DNA from: an uncultured Ectothiorhodospiraceae bacterium
Lineage (GTDB): Bacteria; Pseudomonadota; Gammaproteobacteria; Nitrococcales; Nitrococcaceae
Direction of reading: 5' to 3'
Assembly: GCA_913055565.1 (NCBI GenBank)
Contig: CAJXKP010000010.1
Location: 3,267-67,266, forward strand
Length of the DNA: 64,000 nt
The notes under the pieces were generated by a model that ran no database searches, was not told the origin of the DNA, and saw nothing but the letters and a program-made list of their open reading frames with translations. The translations under genes were made by a program, and so were the position numbers. Below, piece by piece: positions 55,771-64,000 of the stretch; position 1 is the first letter of the stretch; each line of letters opens with the position of its first letter.

Positions 55771-56700
55771 TTAGCCTCGTAGTCCCTGCTGAACGCGGCG
55801 TAGCGCCTCATCGGTATCGCTGGGCAGGGGGCTTGTCCCCTGCGCCTCGACTCGCGCTGCCTCGCTCTCGGCGATCCCGCCGCCGACGAATACAGGACGC
55901 TCCGCCTCGTCGACGACGCGCGCCAAGGCGCCGTCGAGGGCGTTCGTGTCGGCGTCGCGCTCGCCGAACAGCGCGATGGCGCGTGCGTGGCACTGCCTAG
56001 CCGCAGCAGGTAGCGATGCCAGCGCCGTGTCCGGGCCGAGCGATACGACGCGATAGCCTTGTGCTAGCGCTGTCACCACGAAAACGAGGAGTTCGGTCTC
56101 GATGACCTCGCCGGGCAGGCAGCCGGCGAGTAGCTTGGGACCGCGCGCCAGGTCGGATTGATGGTGGATCTGCGCGCCGAGCTTGTTACGCATGAAGGCG
56201 CTAAATAGCCGCCGTGCGGCGCGCGCCAGCGGGTCACCGGTGTCCTGCGCGGCGAGTTGGCGGCTCAGCGGGATAACCAATTGGCGATGGACGCGCATCA
56301 CCGAGTGACTCGCCAGGGCATCGTCGTAGGCGTTGACGAGGGCCGCCTCATCGAGTCGCGAGGTGGCATCGCGCAGGCGCCGCTCCAGCGGCGACCAGGC
56401 ATCGCTATCGCGGCTCTCGGCTAGCGGGGCCTCGTGGCTCGGCGCGCTCGTTTCGATCAGCCGGCGGGTTTGACCGATCGAGATCCCCTGGTCGAGCAGT
56501 TCCAGGATGCGATGGATGCGCTCGATGTCGTTTTCGGTGTATAGGCGATGCCCCTTCGGCGTTCGCTGGGGCCTAATAAGGCCGTAGCGCCGTTCCCAGG
56601 CTCGCAGCGTGACGGGATTGACCCCCGTCAGCGCCGAGATGGTGCGTATGGGATACAGCCCGTCCTGCTCGGTCGGCTCCGAGGCATTGTCGTCGCGCAT
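55771..56700 (-). CDS. MerR-family regulator with CarH/LitR-like C-terminal domain lacking the cobalamin-ligating His
   Basis: N-terminal MerR HTH IRTISALTGVNPVTLRAWERRYGLIRPQRTPKGHRLY. The C-terminal Rossmann-like LLAGCLPGEVIETELLVFVVTALAQGYRVVSLGPD corresponds to the B12-binding ..GE.HE.G.. region, but with Ile in the His position. Confidence 0.75.
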   Translation of the reverse strand: MRDDNASEPTEQDGLYPIRTISALTGVNPVTLRAWERRYGLIRPQRTPKGHRLYTENDIERIHRILELLDQGISIGQTRRLIETSAPSHEAPLAESRDSDAWSPLERRLRDATSRLDEAALVNAYDDALASHSVMRVHRQLVIPLSRQLAAQDTGDPLARAARRLFSAFMRNKLGAQIHHQSDLARGPKLLAGCLPGEVIETELLVFVVTALAQGYRVVSLGPDTALASLPAAARQCHARAIALFGERDADTNALDGALARVVDEAERPVFVGGGIAESEAARVEAQGTSPLPSDTDEALRRVQQGLRG

Positions 56701-56763
56701 GAGCCCGTCCTGAGAGTCGCTTAGCGCCCGTAGTAGAGCGATCGCCTGTGGCTCGCCGTAGGT

Positions 56764-56782
56764 TATACACTATATTGTACAA
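56764..56782. promoter_or_regulatory. candidate operator TATACA-CTATAT-TGTACA in the merR / SDR divergent promoter
   Basis: AT-rich element between ATG 56700 (minus strand) and ATG 56810 (plus strand). It shares the 11-mer ATATTGTACAA with 36813..36823. Confidence 0.35.
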
Positions 56783-56809
56783 GTTTCGCGACGATAGGTG
56801 TTACCAACT

Positions 56810-57589
56810 ATGGCGATCAACTCTACGTCCAACGATCAGCAGCGCCGGGCCTTTATTGCGGGCGCCAGCGCTGGCATCGGCCGCGCTCTCGCCCTGCGGC
56901 TGGCGCGTCTGGGCTGGCAGGTCGTTATCAGCTCGCGGCGCCAGGCCGCCCTCGACGAAATAGTCGCAGAAGACGCCTCGCTAACGCCCTACCTGTTGGC
57001 GCGCGCCGCCGACGTCACCGACGTCGATGCCCTACGCACGGCCTTCGACAACGCCGAGGCCGAGATCGGCGCCATCGATACCCTGGTGCTTAATGCCGGC
57101 GATTACGACCCCATGCGCCTCGATGAGTTCGACCCGGCGCTGTTTGACCGTCTCATGCGGGTGAACTTCCTGGGTGCGGTTAACGGCATCGCAGCGGCCA
57201 TGCCGCGTATGCGCGAACGCGGTGCGGGTCAGATTCTGGTAACCGCCAGCGTCGCCGGCTACCGCGGGCTGCCGCAGGCCGCCGCTTACGGCGCCAGCAA
57301 GGCGGCCGTGCTCAATATGGCGGAGGCCCTCAAGCCCGAGGTGGACGCCACCGGCGTGCGGCTCCGCGTTATCAATCCCGGATTCGTGCGCACCCAGCTT
57401 ACCGCCAAGAACGATTTCACGATGCCTCAGCTGATCACCCCTGAGCAGGCCGCCGACTACATCACCCGCGAGATCGACGGCAGCCATTTCGAGATCGTCT
57501 TCCCGAAGCGTTTCGGCTGGACCCTGAAGCTGTTGCGGATGCTGCCGTATCGGCTGTACTTCGCGATTACGCGACGGATGCTGGGATGA
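56810..57589 (+). CDS. short-chain dehydrogenase/reductase
   Basis: FIAGASAGIGRALALRLA (TGxxxGxG-type), NAG, and the YGASKAA catalytic motif. ATG 56810 chosen over the GTG at 56798. Confidence 0.88.
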   Translation: MAINSTSNDQQRRAFIAGASAGIGRALALRLARLGWQVVISSRRQAALDEIVAEDASLTPYLLARAADVTDVDALRTAFDNAEAEIGAIDTLVLNAGDYDPMRLDEFDPALFDRLMRVNFLGAVNGIAAAMPRMRERGAGQILVTASVAGYRGLPQAAAYGASKAAVLNMAEALKPEVDATGVRLRVINPGFVRTQLTAKNDFTMPQLITPEQAADYITREIDGSHFEIVFPKRFGWTLKLLRMLPYRLYFAITRRMLG

Positions 57590-58038
57590 GCGGCGTCGTC
57601 GATGCCTACATCGGCTTCTGGCAGCAGCTGTCGCCCGATCGCCTGGCCGAGCTGCCCGCCTACTACACCCCCGATGTCCATTTCCAGGATCCGTTTAATA
57701 ACCTGCATGGCATCGACGACTTGGCGGCTATGCTGCGCCACATGTATCGACAGTGCGACGCCGTCTCGATCGCTGTGGACGAGGTTGTCGGGCGAGCGCC
57801 CGTGGTGTATCTACGCTGGCGCTTCGATTTCCGGCTCGCCGGCGAGCGTCGCCACCGGCAGCCGATCCGGGGTGTCTCGCGGGTGGTCTTCGCCCCGGAC
57901 GGCCGCGTTAGCGAGCACATCGATTACTGGGATGCCGCGGGCCAGCTCTACAGCCAGTTGCCGATTGTTGGCGGCCTCATGCGCTGGCTGCGGCGTCGCT
58001 TAGCCGCACCGCCGGCCGCTGCTCGCGCGAACGGCTAG
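57586..58038 (+). CDS. NTF2/SnoaL-like family protein
   Basis: FWQQLSPDRLAELPAYYTPDVHFQDPFNNLHGIDDL...VYLRWRFDF... ATGA overlap with the SDR gene. Confidence 0.7.
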   Translation: MSGVVDAYIGFWQQLSPDRLAELPAYYTPDVHFQDPFNNLHGIDDLAAMLRHMYRQCDAVSIAVDEVVGRAPVVYLRWRFDFRLAGERRHRQPIRGVSRVVFAPDGRVSEHIDYWDAAGQLYSQLPIVGGLMRWLRRRLAAPPAAARANG

Positions 58039-59375
58039 AGATAGTCGTTGGCGTAGTCCGCCAATCGCGATCGCTCGCCCTGCGTTAGCGTGATATGCCC
58101 GCTGTGGGCCCAGTCACGGAAACGGTCCACGACGTAGGTCAGCCCCGAAGTGGTCTCCGTTAGATAGGGCGTGTCGATCTGGGCGATGTTGCCCAGGCAG
58201 ATGAGCTTGGTGCCCGGGCCGGCGCGGGTGATTAGCGTCTTCATCTGCTTGGGGGTGAGGTTCTGGGCCTCGTCGAGAATGACGAAACGATCCAGGAAGG
58301 TACGCCCGCGCATGAAGTTCAGCGAGCGTATCTTGATGCGGCTTTGGAGCAGCTCACGGGTCGCCGCCTGCCCCCAGCGGCCGCCATTGTCGGGCTCGCC
58401 CAGGACCTCCAGGTTGTCCATGAGCGCGCCCATCCACGGGGTCATCTTCTCCTCCTCGGTGCCCGGCAGATAGCCGATGTCGTCGCCGATGGCGACGGTC
58501 GCCCGGGTCATGATGATCTCGCGGTAGCGCGCCTCATCGAAGCACTGCGCCAGACCGGCGGCCAGCGCCAGCAGCGTCTTACCGGTTCCGGCCGGCCCCA
58601 GCAGACTAATGAAGTCGACGTCGGGATCCATGAGCATATTGAGGGCTGCGTTCTGCTCCCGGTTGCGCGCCTGCACGCCCCAGACGCCGTGCTCGTTGGC
58701 ACGGTGATCGGTGAGTCGGGCCAATCGGCTGCCGCCGGCGTCGGTCGTGGTTACGCGACCGGCGAAACTGTCATCGCTGGCGAATACCGCCTCGTTGGGG
58801 CTCAGCGGGCCGCTGACCGCCGTTGCGAGCTCGGCTGTTTCGCCGTCCGCGCCGATGGTGAGGTCGGTGGGATCGACGGTCGTCAGCCCGGCGTAGAGCA
58901 GGTCCACGTCGTCGAGGACCTGATCGCTGTGATAGTCCTCCGCGGCGAGGCCGGCGACACTGGCGCGAATCCGCAGGTTGATGTCCTTGGTGACGAGTAC
59001 CGTCGAGCCCTGCGGGCGGTACTCGGCGACGGCCAGCGCCGCGGCGAGGATGCCGTCATCGCCGCGGCTGTCATCATTGGGATCGATGAAGAACAGCCGG
59101 CCGCGAGCGGGGGCATAGCTCGTCTCGACCGTGGCTAGGGCCAAGCCGGCGGCGAGCTCGTCCGGGTTGGCATCACCGACGAGCTGGTCGAGGAAGCGAC
59201 TGGCCTGGCGGGCGTTTCGGGCCTCCTCGCTAACGCCGCGCTTGCAGGCATCGAGCTCGCGCAGCACGGGCGTGGCGACGGCGACATCGTGCTCGTCGAA
59301 ACGGAACAATGCCGCCGGATCGTGCAGCAGCACGGCGGTGTCTAAGACATACAGGCGGTGCCCTTCGGCGCTCAT
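58035..59375 (-). CDS. PhoH-like ATPase with N-terminal PIN domain (PhoH2/YlaK type)
   Basis: N-terminal YVLDTAVLLHDP (PIN). Walker A GPAGTGKTLLALAAGL, FVILDEAQNL. Confidence 0.88.
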   Translation of the reverse strand: MSAEGHRLYVLDTAVLLHDPAALFRFDEHDVAVATPVLRELDACKRGVSEEARNARQASRFLDQLVGDANPDELAAGLALATVETSYAPARGRLFFIDPNDDSRGDDGILAAALAVAEYRPQGSTVLVTKDINLRIRASVAGLAAEDYHSDQVLDDVDLLYAGLTTVDPTDLTIGADGETAELATAVSGPLSPNEAVFASDDSFAGRVTTTDAGGSRLARLTDHRANEHGVWGVQARNREQNAALNMLMDPDVDFISLLGPAGTGKTLLALAAGLAQCFDEARYREIIMTRATVAIGDDIGYLPGTEEEKMTPWMGALMDNLEVLGEPDNGGRWGQAATRELLQSRIKIRSLNFMRGRTFLDRFVILDEAQNLTPKQMKTLITRAGPGTKLICLGNIAQIDTPYLTETTSGLTYVVDRFRDWAHSGHITLTQGERSRLADYANDYL

Positions 59376-59404
59376 GATAGCTCGCTTGTTCGATGGTGGG
59401 CCGC

Positions 59405-59941
59405 TTACGACTTTAGCGGCTCCAGGTTGGCATCAAGGTTGAGGTGGTCGCAGAACTCCATGAACTCCTCGCGCAAGCGCGCGATGGACGTATCGGCCGG
59501 GATGTCGAGCGTCAGCTGCACGCAGAACAGCGGCGTGCCTGTATAGGCGGCTTTGGACCGCGTGGTGGCCATCTCGCGGACATTGATCTCGCGACCGGCG
59601 ACGAAGTCGGTGAGCTCCTGGACGATGCCCGGCTCGTCCATGCCGACGACCTCGACGGAATAGGGCAGCAGGCGCGTCTGCAGCTCGCTGCCGCCGTTGG
59701 TCCGCCGCGTCGTTATCGTTAGCCCGAGCTTGCGTTCCAGGTGCGGCAGCGATGCCTCGAGCTTGGCCAGCTCATTCCAACGCCCCTCGGCGAGCATGAT
59801 GATGGCGAAGTCGCCGCCCAGCACCGTCATCCGCGAGTCCGCTATATGGCAGCCGGCGTCCGCCGTTGTCTGGGCCAGTTCACTGATGATCCCCACCTGG
59901 TCTTCGCCGATAGCCGAGATCACGAGATAGTCGTTGTTCAT
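59405..59941 (-). CDS. gcvR: glycine cleavage system transcriptional repressor (tandem ACT domains)
   Basis: MNNDYLVISAIGEDQVGIISELAQTTADAGCHIADSRMTVLGGDFAIIML. Conserved position next to dapA. Start set at ATG 59941. Confidence 0.82.
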   Translation of the reverse strand: MNNDYLVISAIGEDQVGIISELAQTTADAGCHIADSRMTVLGGDFAIIMLAEGRWNELAKLEASLPHLERKLGLTITTRRTNGGSELQTRLLPYSVEVVGMDEPGIVQELTDFVAGREINVREMATTRSKAAYTGTPLFCVQLTLDIPADTSIARLREEFMEFCDHLNLDANLEPLKS

Positions 59942-60047
59942 AGGCCTGCCTGATGGTTGTGGTTTGGTTATGGGAGACACAGTACGACTTATTCGCCGCT
60001 GGTTGATACAGCATCTCGCGCCAGACGCCAAGCCCCAGCGAGACGCT

Positions 60048-60219
60048 GCAGCCATTCTAATTATGTGATCCTCAGGAGGGTGCGTGGTCGCGTTACTTAC
60101 CCCCTGCCGAGGAACGCCATAAACCGTCCCTGGAGGCTCGACCGCGGCCGTCCCTGGCCGCAGACGCCCTCGGCAGGGGTGAACGCGACCACCTCGAAGG
60201 CCAAAGTGAGGATTGCTGG
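60048..60219 (+). repeat. long-hairpin intergenic repeat family, copy C
   Basis: Collinear with copy A, with one 4-nt insertion. Arms GTGGTCGCGTT..CCCCCTGCCGAGG / CCTCGGCAGGGG..AACGCGACCAC. Lies in the gcvR/dapA divergent region. Confidence 0.9.
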
Positions 60220-60299
60220 AGACGCGGCGCGCTTGCTTGTCTCAATGTGGATCGCGAGCTAGCATGCCTGCTTTAATCTTCCGGCGAAGTGAGACGGTA

Positions 60300-61175
60300 A
60301 TGTTCAGTGGCAGCATGGTCGCCTTGGTGACGCCGATGCACGACGACGGCACGGTCGACGAGGCGTCGCTGCAGGGGCTGATCGATTTCCACGTCGCCAA
60401 CGGTACCGATGCCATTGTGGCGGTCGGTACGACGGGCGAATCGTCGACGCTCGATTACGATGAGCACTGCCATGTCATGCGCCGGGTCGTGGCGATGAGC
60501 GCCGGGCGCGTGCCGGTGATCGGTGGCACCGGGTCGAACTCGACCCACGAGGCCGTTCTCCTTACCGAGGGCGCGCGAGAGGCCGGCTGCGATGCGGCGC
60601 TGTTGGTGACGCCCTACTACAACAAGCCGACCCAGGAAGGGCTCTATCAGCACTTCCGCCGTGTTGCCGAGTCCGTGGCGATACCGCAGATCCTGTACAA
60701 CGTGCCCGGGCGAACGGCCTGCGACATGCTGCCCGATACGGTCGAGCGGCTCGCCGAGCAGGAGAATATCGTCGGCCTCAAGGAGGCCTCGGGAAGCGTC
60801 GAGCGCGTCGAGTCGATCCTCGAGGCGTGCGGCGACAAGATCGATATCTACTGCGGCGAAGATCCGCGAAACCTCGCGCTGATGCTTGCGGGGGCAAAGG
60901 GCTGCATTTCCGTGACCGCCAACGTGGCGCCCAACCAGATGCATGCCATGTGCCACGCTGCTTTGAACGGCGAGCGCGAACAGGCGGAGCACATCGACGC
61001 GTACCTCGCCGCGCTGCATAAGGGGCTGTTCGTCGAGACCAGCCCCATCCCGGTCAAGTGGGCGGTCCACAAGATGGGGCTCATCGGGCCGGCCATCCGG
61101 TTGCCGCTAACACCGCTCTCCGAACACCACCACGAGACCGTGCTCCAGGCGCTCAAGCTAGCCGGCTCGATCTAG
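60300..61175 (+). CDS. dapA: 4-hydroxy-tetrahydrodipicolinate synthase
   Basis: MFSGSMVALVTPMHDDGTVD...AIVAVGTTGESSTL...TPYYNKPTQEGLYQHF...ILYNVPGRT...GLKEASG. Confidence 0.95.
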   Translation: MFSGSMVALVTPMHDDGTVDEASLQGLIDFHVANGTDAIVAVGTTGESSTLDYDEHCHVMRRVVAMSAGRVPVIGGTGSNSTHEAVLLTEGAREAGCDAALLVTPYYNKPTQEGLYQHFRRVAESVAIPQILYNVPGRTACDMLPDTVERLAEQENIVGLKEASGSVERVESILEACGDKIDIYCGEDPRNLALMLAGAKGCISVTANVAPNQMHAMCHAALNGEREQAEHIDAYLAALHKGLFVETSPIPVKWAVHKMGLIGPAIRLPLTPLSEHHHETVLQALKLAGSI

Positions 61176-61195
61176 GACGCGATAACGGATTACCC

Positions 61196-62248
61196 ATGGC
61201 ACATCGGCGCTTTTTATGGCTCGCGGCTGGCCTGTTGACCTTGAGCGGCTGCGGTTTCTTCGGTGGCAACGAGGCGCCGCGCGCCGGCTCGCCGGAAGCG
61301 CTCAAGCTGCCGCCCGAGCTTGAGTTGGATCGCGGCGAGGTCGCGCTCAGTATACCGGGGCGCGAGGATACGACGGCGACGGCCTCGGGCAGCAGCGGGT
61401 TGCTGCCGGAGCCTCAGCGGGTCCGCGTCAAGCGAGCGGGCTCTGATCGCTGGCTGCTCGTCGGCGCCGAGCCGGCGCAGGTGTGGAGCTGGCTGCCCGA
61501 CTTCCTGGAGACCCGGGGTGTCACGATCGAGCGTAAGCGCCCTGAGGCCGGGATCATCGAGACCGAGTGGATCTACACCAAGAAACCGCTGACGCGGGGG
61601 CCGTTCGCGCCTACCGTCGACAGCCGCGAGGCCGCGACCGCGGCGGATCGCTATCTCCTGCGCGTCGAGCCGGGACCGCAGTCGAGGACCGCCGAGGTGT
61701 TCGTGGCCCACCGCCGCGCCGCGCGCCAGGGCTCGGAGAGCTGGCGCCTACTGGCCCGCGATCCCTTCCTGGAGAGCGAGGTCCTGCGGAGTCTGGCCGT
61801 CTTTATGGGCGTCGAGGTCGAGGACAGCTTCCAGCGCGTTGCCGGTGCTGAGGCCGCGGGCGGTAAGGCCGAGCTGCGTCGCACGGATGAGGGTGATTTG
61901 CGGGTCCTGGTCCCGAATGGCTTCGCCGACGCCTGGCGGCGCGTGGGGCTGGCACTGGATCGGGCCGCGTTCACGGTGGTCAACCGCGACCGCTCCGAGC
62001 GCTACGTGGATGTGCGCTTCGATACGCGTGAGGCGCGTGGTGACGAGGATGAGGAGAGCTTCTTCGGGTCGCTGGCCTTCTGGCGTAGCGAGACCGTCCC
62101 GGAGACCGTGCGCCGGCTGCGGCTTTCCTTCCGCGAGCGTGGCGACGGCCGAGCCACCCAGATCCGCCTAACGAGCCCGGATGGCGAAGCGGTTACTGCG
62201 GAGCGTCGCGAGGAGATCCTCGGCGTGCTGGCCGAGCAGATTCGCTAA
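61196..62248 (+). CDS. bamC: outer-membrane protein assembly factor BamC (NlpB)
   Basis: Lipobox MAHRRFLWLAAGLLTLSGC. ...EPAQVWSWLPDFLETRGVTIERKRPEAGIIETEWIY... Conserved dapA-bamC adjacency. Confidence 0.82.
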   Translation: MAHRRFLWLAAGLLTLSGCGFFGGNEAPRAGSPEALKLPPELELDRGEVALSIPGREDTTATASGSSGLLPEPQRVRVKRAGSDRWLLVGAEPAQVWSWLPDFLETRGVTIERKRPEAGIIETEWIYTKKPLTRGPFAPTVDSREAATAADRYLLRVEPGPQSRTAEVFVAHRRAARQGSESWRLLARDPFLESEVLRSLAVFMGVEVEDSFQRVAGAEAAGGKAELRRTDEGDLRVLVPNGFADAWRRVGLALDRAAFTVVNRDRSERYVDVRFDTREARGDEDEESFFGSLAFWRSETVPETVRRLRLSFRERGDGRATQIRLTSPDGEAVTAERREEILGVLAEQIR

Positions 62249-62353
62249 CAGCGCCCGGCGGCCAGCCCCGCGGGGCTGGTGCCGGGTCCCGAGGCGGGAC
62301 GCGGCTGCTCGGCTACCGGCGGGCCGCGGTGCGCATCCAACGAGTGTCATGCC

Positions 62354-64000
62354 ATGTTGCGCTTAAACGGACCGGCCGCCCTTTCCGACTTCCGCCTTGA
62401 AGGGCTGAGTGCCCGGCTGCGCGAGCGCTGCCCCCAACTGGCCGCCGTCGAGGCCCGCTTCGTCCACTTCGTCGCGCTCGCCGATGCCCTTTCCGAGACC
62501 GATCATGAGGTCTTGGCGCGCCTGCTCGATTACGGCGAACCCTTGGCGGCTGAGCCCCAAGGGCGCCTGGTGCTGGTGGTGCCGCGAATCGGCACCATCT
62601 CGCCATGGGCCAGCAAGGCCACGGATATCGCGCACAACTGCGGGCTGACGGGAATACGCCGTCTCGAGCGTGGCGTTGCCTACTACCTGCGTGACGGTGA
62701 CGGTCAACCCATCCCCCAGGCGGATGCGCGGTCTCTGGCGGACCTTCTTCATGACCGCATGACCGAGTCTGTCCTTGAGGATGCCGAGCAGGCATCGGCG
62801 CTCTTTGACGCCCACGAGCCAGCGCCGCTGGCGACCGTGGATATCCTCGGCGGCGGGCGGGAGGCGTTGCGCGCCGCGGATGCGGCCATGGGCCTCGCCC
62901 TGGCGGACGATGAGATCGATTACCTCATCGCCAACTACCGCGAGCTCGAGCGCAACCCCACGGATGTCGAGCTCATGATGTTCGCCCAGGCGAACTCGGA
63001 GCACTGCCGCCACAAGGTCTTTAACGCCGATTGGGTTATCGATGGCGTGGCGCAGGACCGATCCCTGTTCGCCATGATCCAGCAGAGCTACAAGGCGCGT
63101 CCCGAGGGGGTGTTGTCCGCCTACAGCGATAATGCCGCTGTGGCCGAGGGCTTCGCCGCTCAGCGCTGGTTCCCGGCGCCCGATACGGGGATCTATAGGA
63201 GCCATGATGAGCCGGCGCACTTGGTGATGAAGGTGGAGACCCATAACCATCCTACTGCCATCGCGCCGCATGCGGGTGCTGGCACCGGTGTCGGCGGTGA
63301 GATCCGCGATGAGGGGGCGACCGGGCGTGGCGCGCACCCCAAGGCCGGTCTCGCCGGCTTCTCCGTGTCCCATCTTCATATCCCTGGGGCCGAGCGGCCG
63401 TGGGAGAGGGATGACGGGCGCTCACCGCGGATGGCGTCGGCCCTGGCCATCATGCGGGACGCCCCCATCGGCGCCGCGGCGTACGCCAACGAGTTCGGTC
63501 GCCCTCAGCTTGTGGGGTATTTCCGCAGCTTCCAGCACGCGGTTGGTAACAGCGTGCGAGGCTTCCACAAGCCCATTATGCTCGCCGGCGGCATGGGCAA
63601 CATACGCCAGGAGCACATCGATAAGGGGCAGATCCCCGAAGGTGCCCCGGCGGTCGTGCTTGGCGGACCGGCGATGCTGATCGGTCTGGGCGGCGGCGCG
63701 GCGTCGTCGGTCAATAGTGGTGACAGCGATGAGGCGTTGGATTTCGCCTCCGTTCAGCGCAGTAATCCCGAGATGCAGCGCCGCTGCCAGGAGGTCATCG
63801 ACGCCTGTTGGCAGCTCGACGATGCCAATCCCGTGGTGGCCATCCACGATGTCGGTGCCGGGGGGCTGGCTAACGCCCTGCCCGAGCTGTTCCACGACAG
63901 CGACCGGGGCGCGCGGCTGGAGCTGCGTCGTGTACCCAGCGACGAGCCCGGCATGTCGCCCATGGGCATCTGGGCGAACGAGGCCCAGGAGCGCTACGTC
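62354..64000 (+). CDS. purL: phosphoribosylformylglycinamidine synthase, single-chain large form (5' part; continues past window)
   Basis: My own translation from ATG 62354 gives [24 protein letters not shown]...ARFVHFVAL... and later ...[47 protein letters not shown]... The frame is open to the window end. It is not listed in the ORF track because it lacks a stop. Confidence 0.92.
   Translation, partial: MLRLNGPAALSDFRLEGLSARLRERCPQLAAVEARFVHFVALADALSETDHEVLARLLDYGEPLAAEPQGRLVLVVPRIGTISPWASKATDIAHNCGLTGIRRLERGVAYYLRDGDGQPIPQADARSLADLLHDRMTESVLEDAEQASALFDAHEPAPLATVDILGGGREALRAADAAMGLALADDEIDYLIANYRELERNPTDVELMMFAQANSEHCRHKVFNADWVIDGVAQDRSLFAMIQQSYKARPEGVLSAYSDNAAVAEGFAAQRWFPAPDTGIYRSHDEPAHLVMKVETHNHPTAIAPHAGAGTGVGGEIRDEGATGRGAHPKAGLAGFSVSHLHIPGAERPWERDDGRSPRMASALAIMRDAPIGAAAYANEFGRPQLVGYFRSFQHAVGNSVRGFHKPIMLAGGMGNIRQEHIDKGQIPEGAPAVVLGGPAMLIGLGGGAASSVNSGDSDEALDFASVQRSNPEMQRRCQEVIDACWQLDDANPVVAIHDVGAGGLANALPELFHDSDRGARLELRRVPSDEPGMSPMGIWANEAQERYV

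Noticed and set aside
60273-61070. 265-aa minus-strand ORF
   Set aside because: It is antisense to dapA.
62363-63379. 338-aa minus-strand ORF, plus 62313..62795 and 63422..63895
   Set aside because: They are antisense to purL. Reading the plus-strand frame from ATG 62354 gives canonical PurL blocks (HNHPTAI...[13 protein letters not shown]).
1-64000. Scan for CRISPR arrays, tRNA/rRNA genes, integrases and transposases
   Set aside because: No regularly spaced short repeats, no cloverleaf-like or rRNA-like segments in the intergenic gaps, and no ORF with recombinase or transposase motifs were seen.

Overview
High-GC (roughly two-thirds G+C by eye) chromosomal segment of a gammaproteobacterium. 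It is most consistent with a halophilic Ectothiorhodospiraceae/Halorhodospira-like organism, given two very acidic porins and a GSMT/SDMT glycine-betaine synthesis operon; the taxon is inferred, not proven. About 58 protein genes are supportable. Left to right: aspS (3' part), DUF192, and a PAS/GAF-GGDEF-EAL protein. Next comes an acidic porin and a gene-poor 2.5-kb stretch holding a 162-bp direct-repeat pair and a truncated phnP paralog. A complete C-P lyase phosphonate locus follows (MFS-phnP-phnN-phnE-phnC-phnD on the minus strand, phnM, phnF, phnGHIJKL), then a second phnD/C/E-like ABC importer with its own porin paralog, and a Leu/Phe/Val-type dehydrogenase. After that: a TAXI-TRAP transporter; an M48 peptidase-LemA-M48 peptidase trio; DUF2288; and a short-LOV, DUF4864 lipoprotein, membrane protein, msrA string. 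Then a NUDIX hydrolase; an AttEFGH-like ABC/FtsX/lipocalin set; an MlaC-like protein; and a kinase-like hypothetical. The betaine/methyl-cycle operon is GSMT-SDMT-metK-[SAH riboswitch]-ahcY. The rest is gap-pgk-pyk; purC; photolyase plus a MerR/LitR-like regulator divergent from SDR and NTF2-like genes; PhoH2; gcvR; dapA-bamC; and the 5' part of purL, which is open at the window edge and absent from the ORF track. No rRNA, tRNA, CRISPR array, transposase or integrase was recognised. The most noteworthy non-coding signals are: (1) a three-copy ~170-bp long-hairpin repeat family with a compensatory arm change; (2) the 162-bp direct-repeat pair next to the phnP remnant; (3) an AT-rich TGTACA-type motif shared by the promoters of two light/oxidative-stress related loci 20 kb apart; (4) an SAH riboswitch internal to the betaine operon; (5) a structured leader in front of GSMT. 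Many long ORFs in the six-frame track are antisense shadows typical of high-GC DNA and were rejected. Several starts were re-placed using RBS, signal-peptide and overlap logic.
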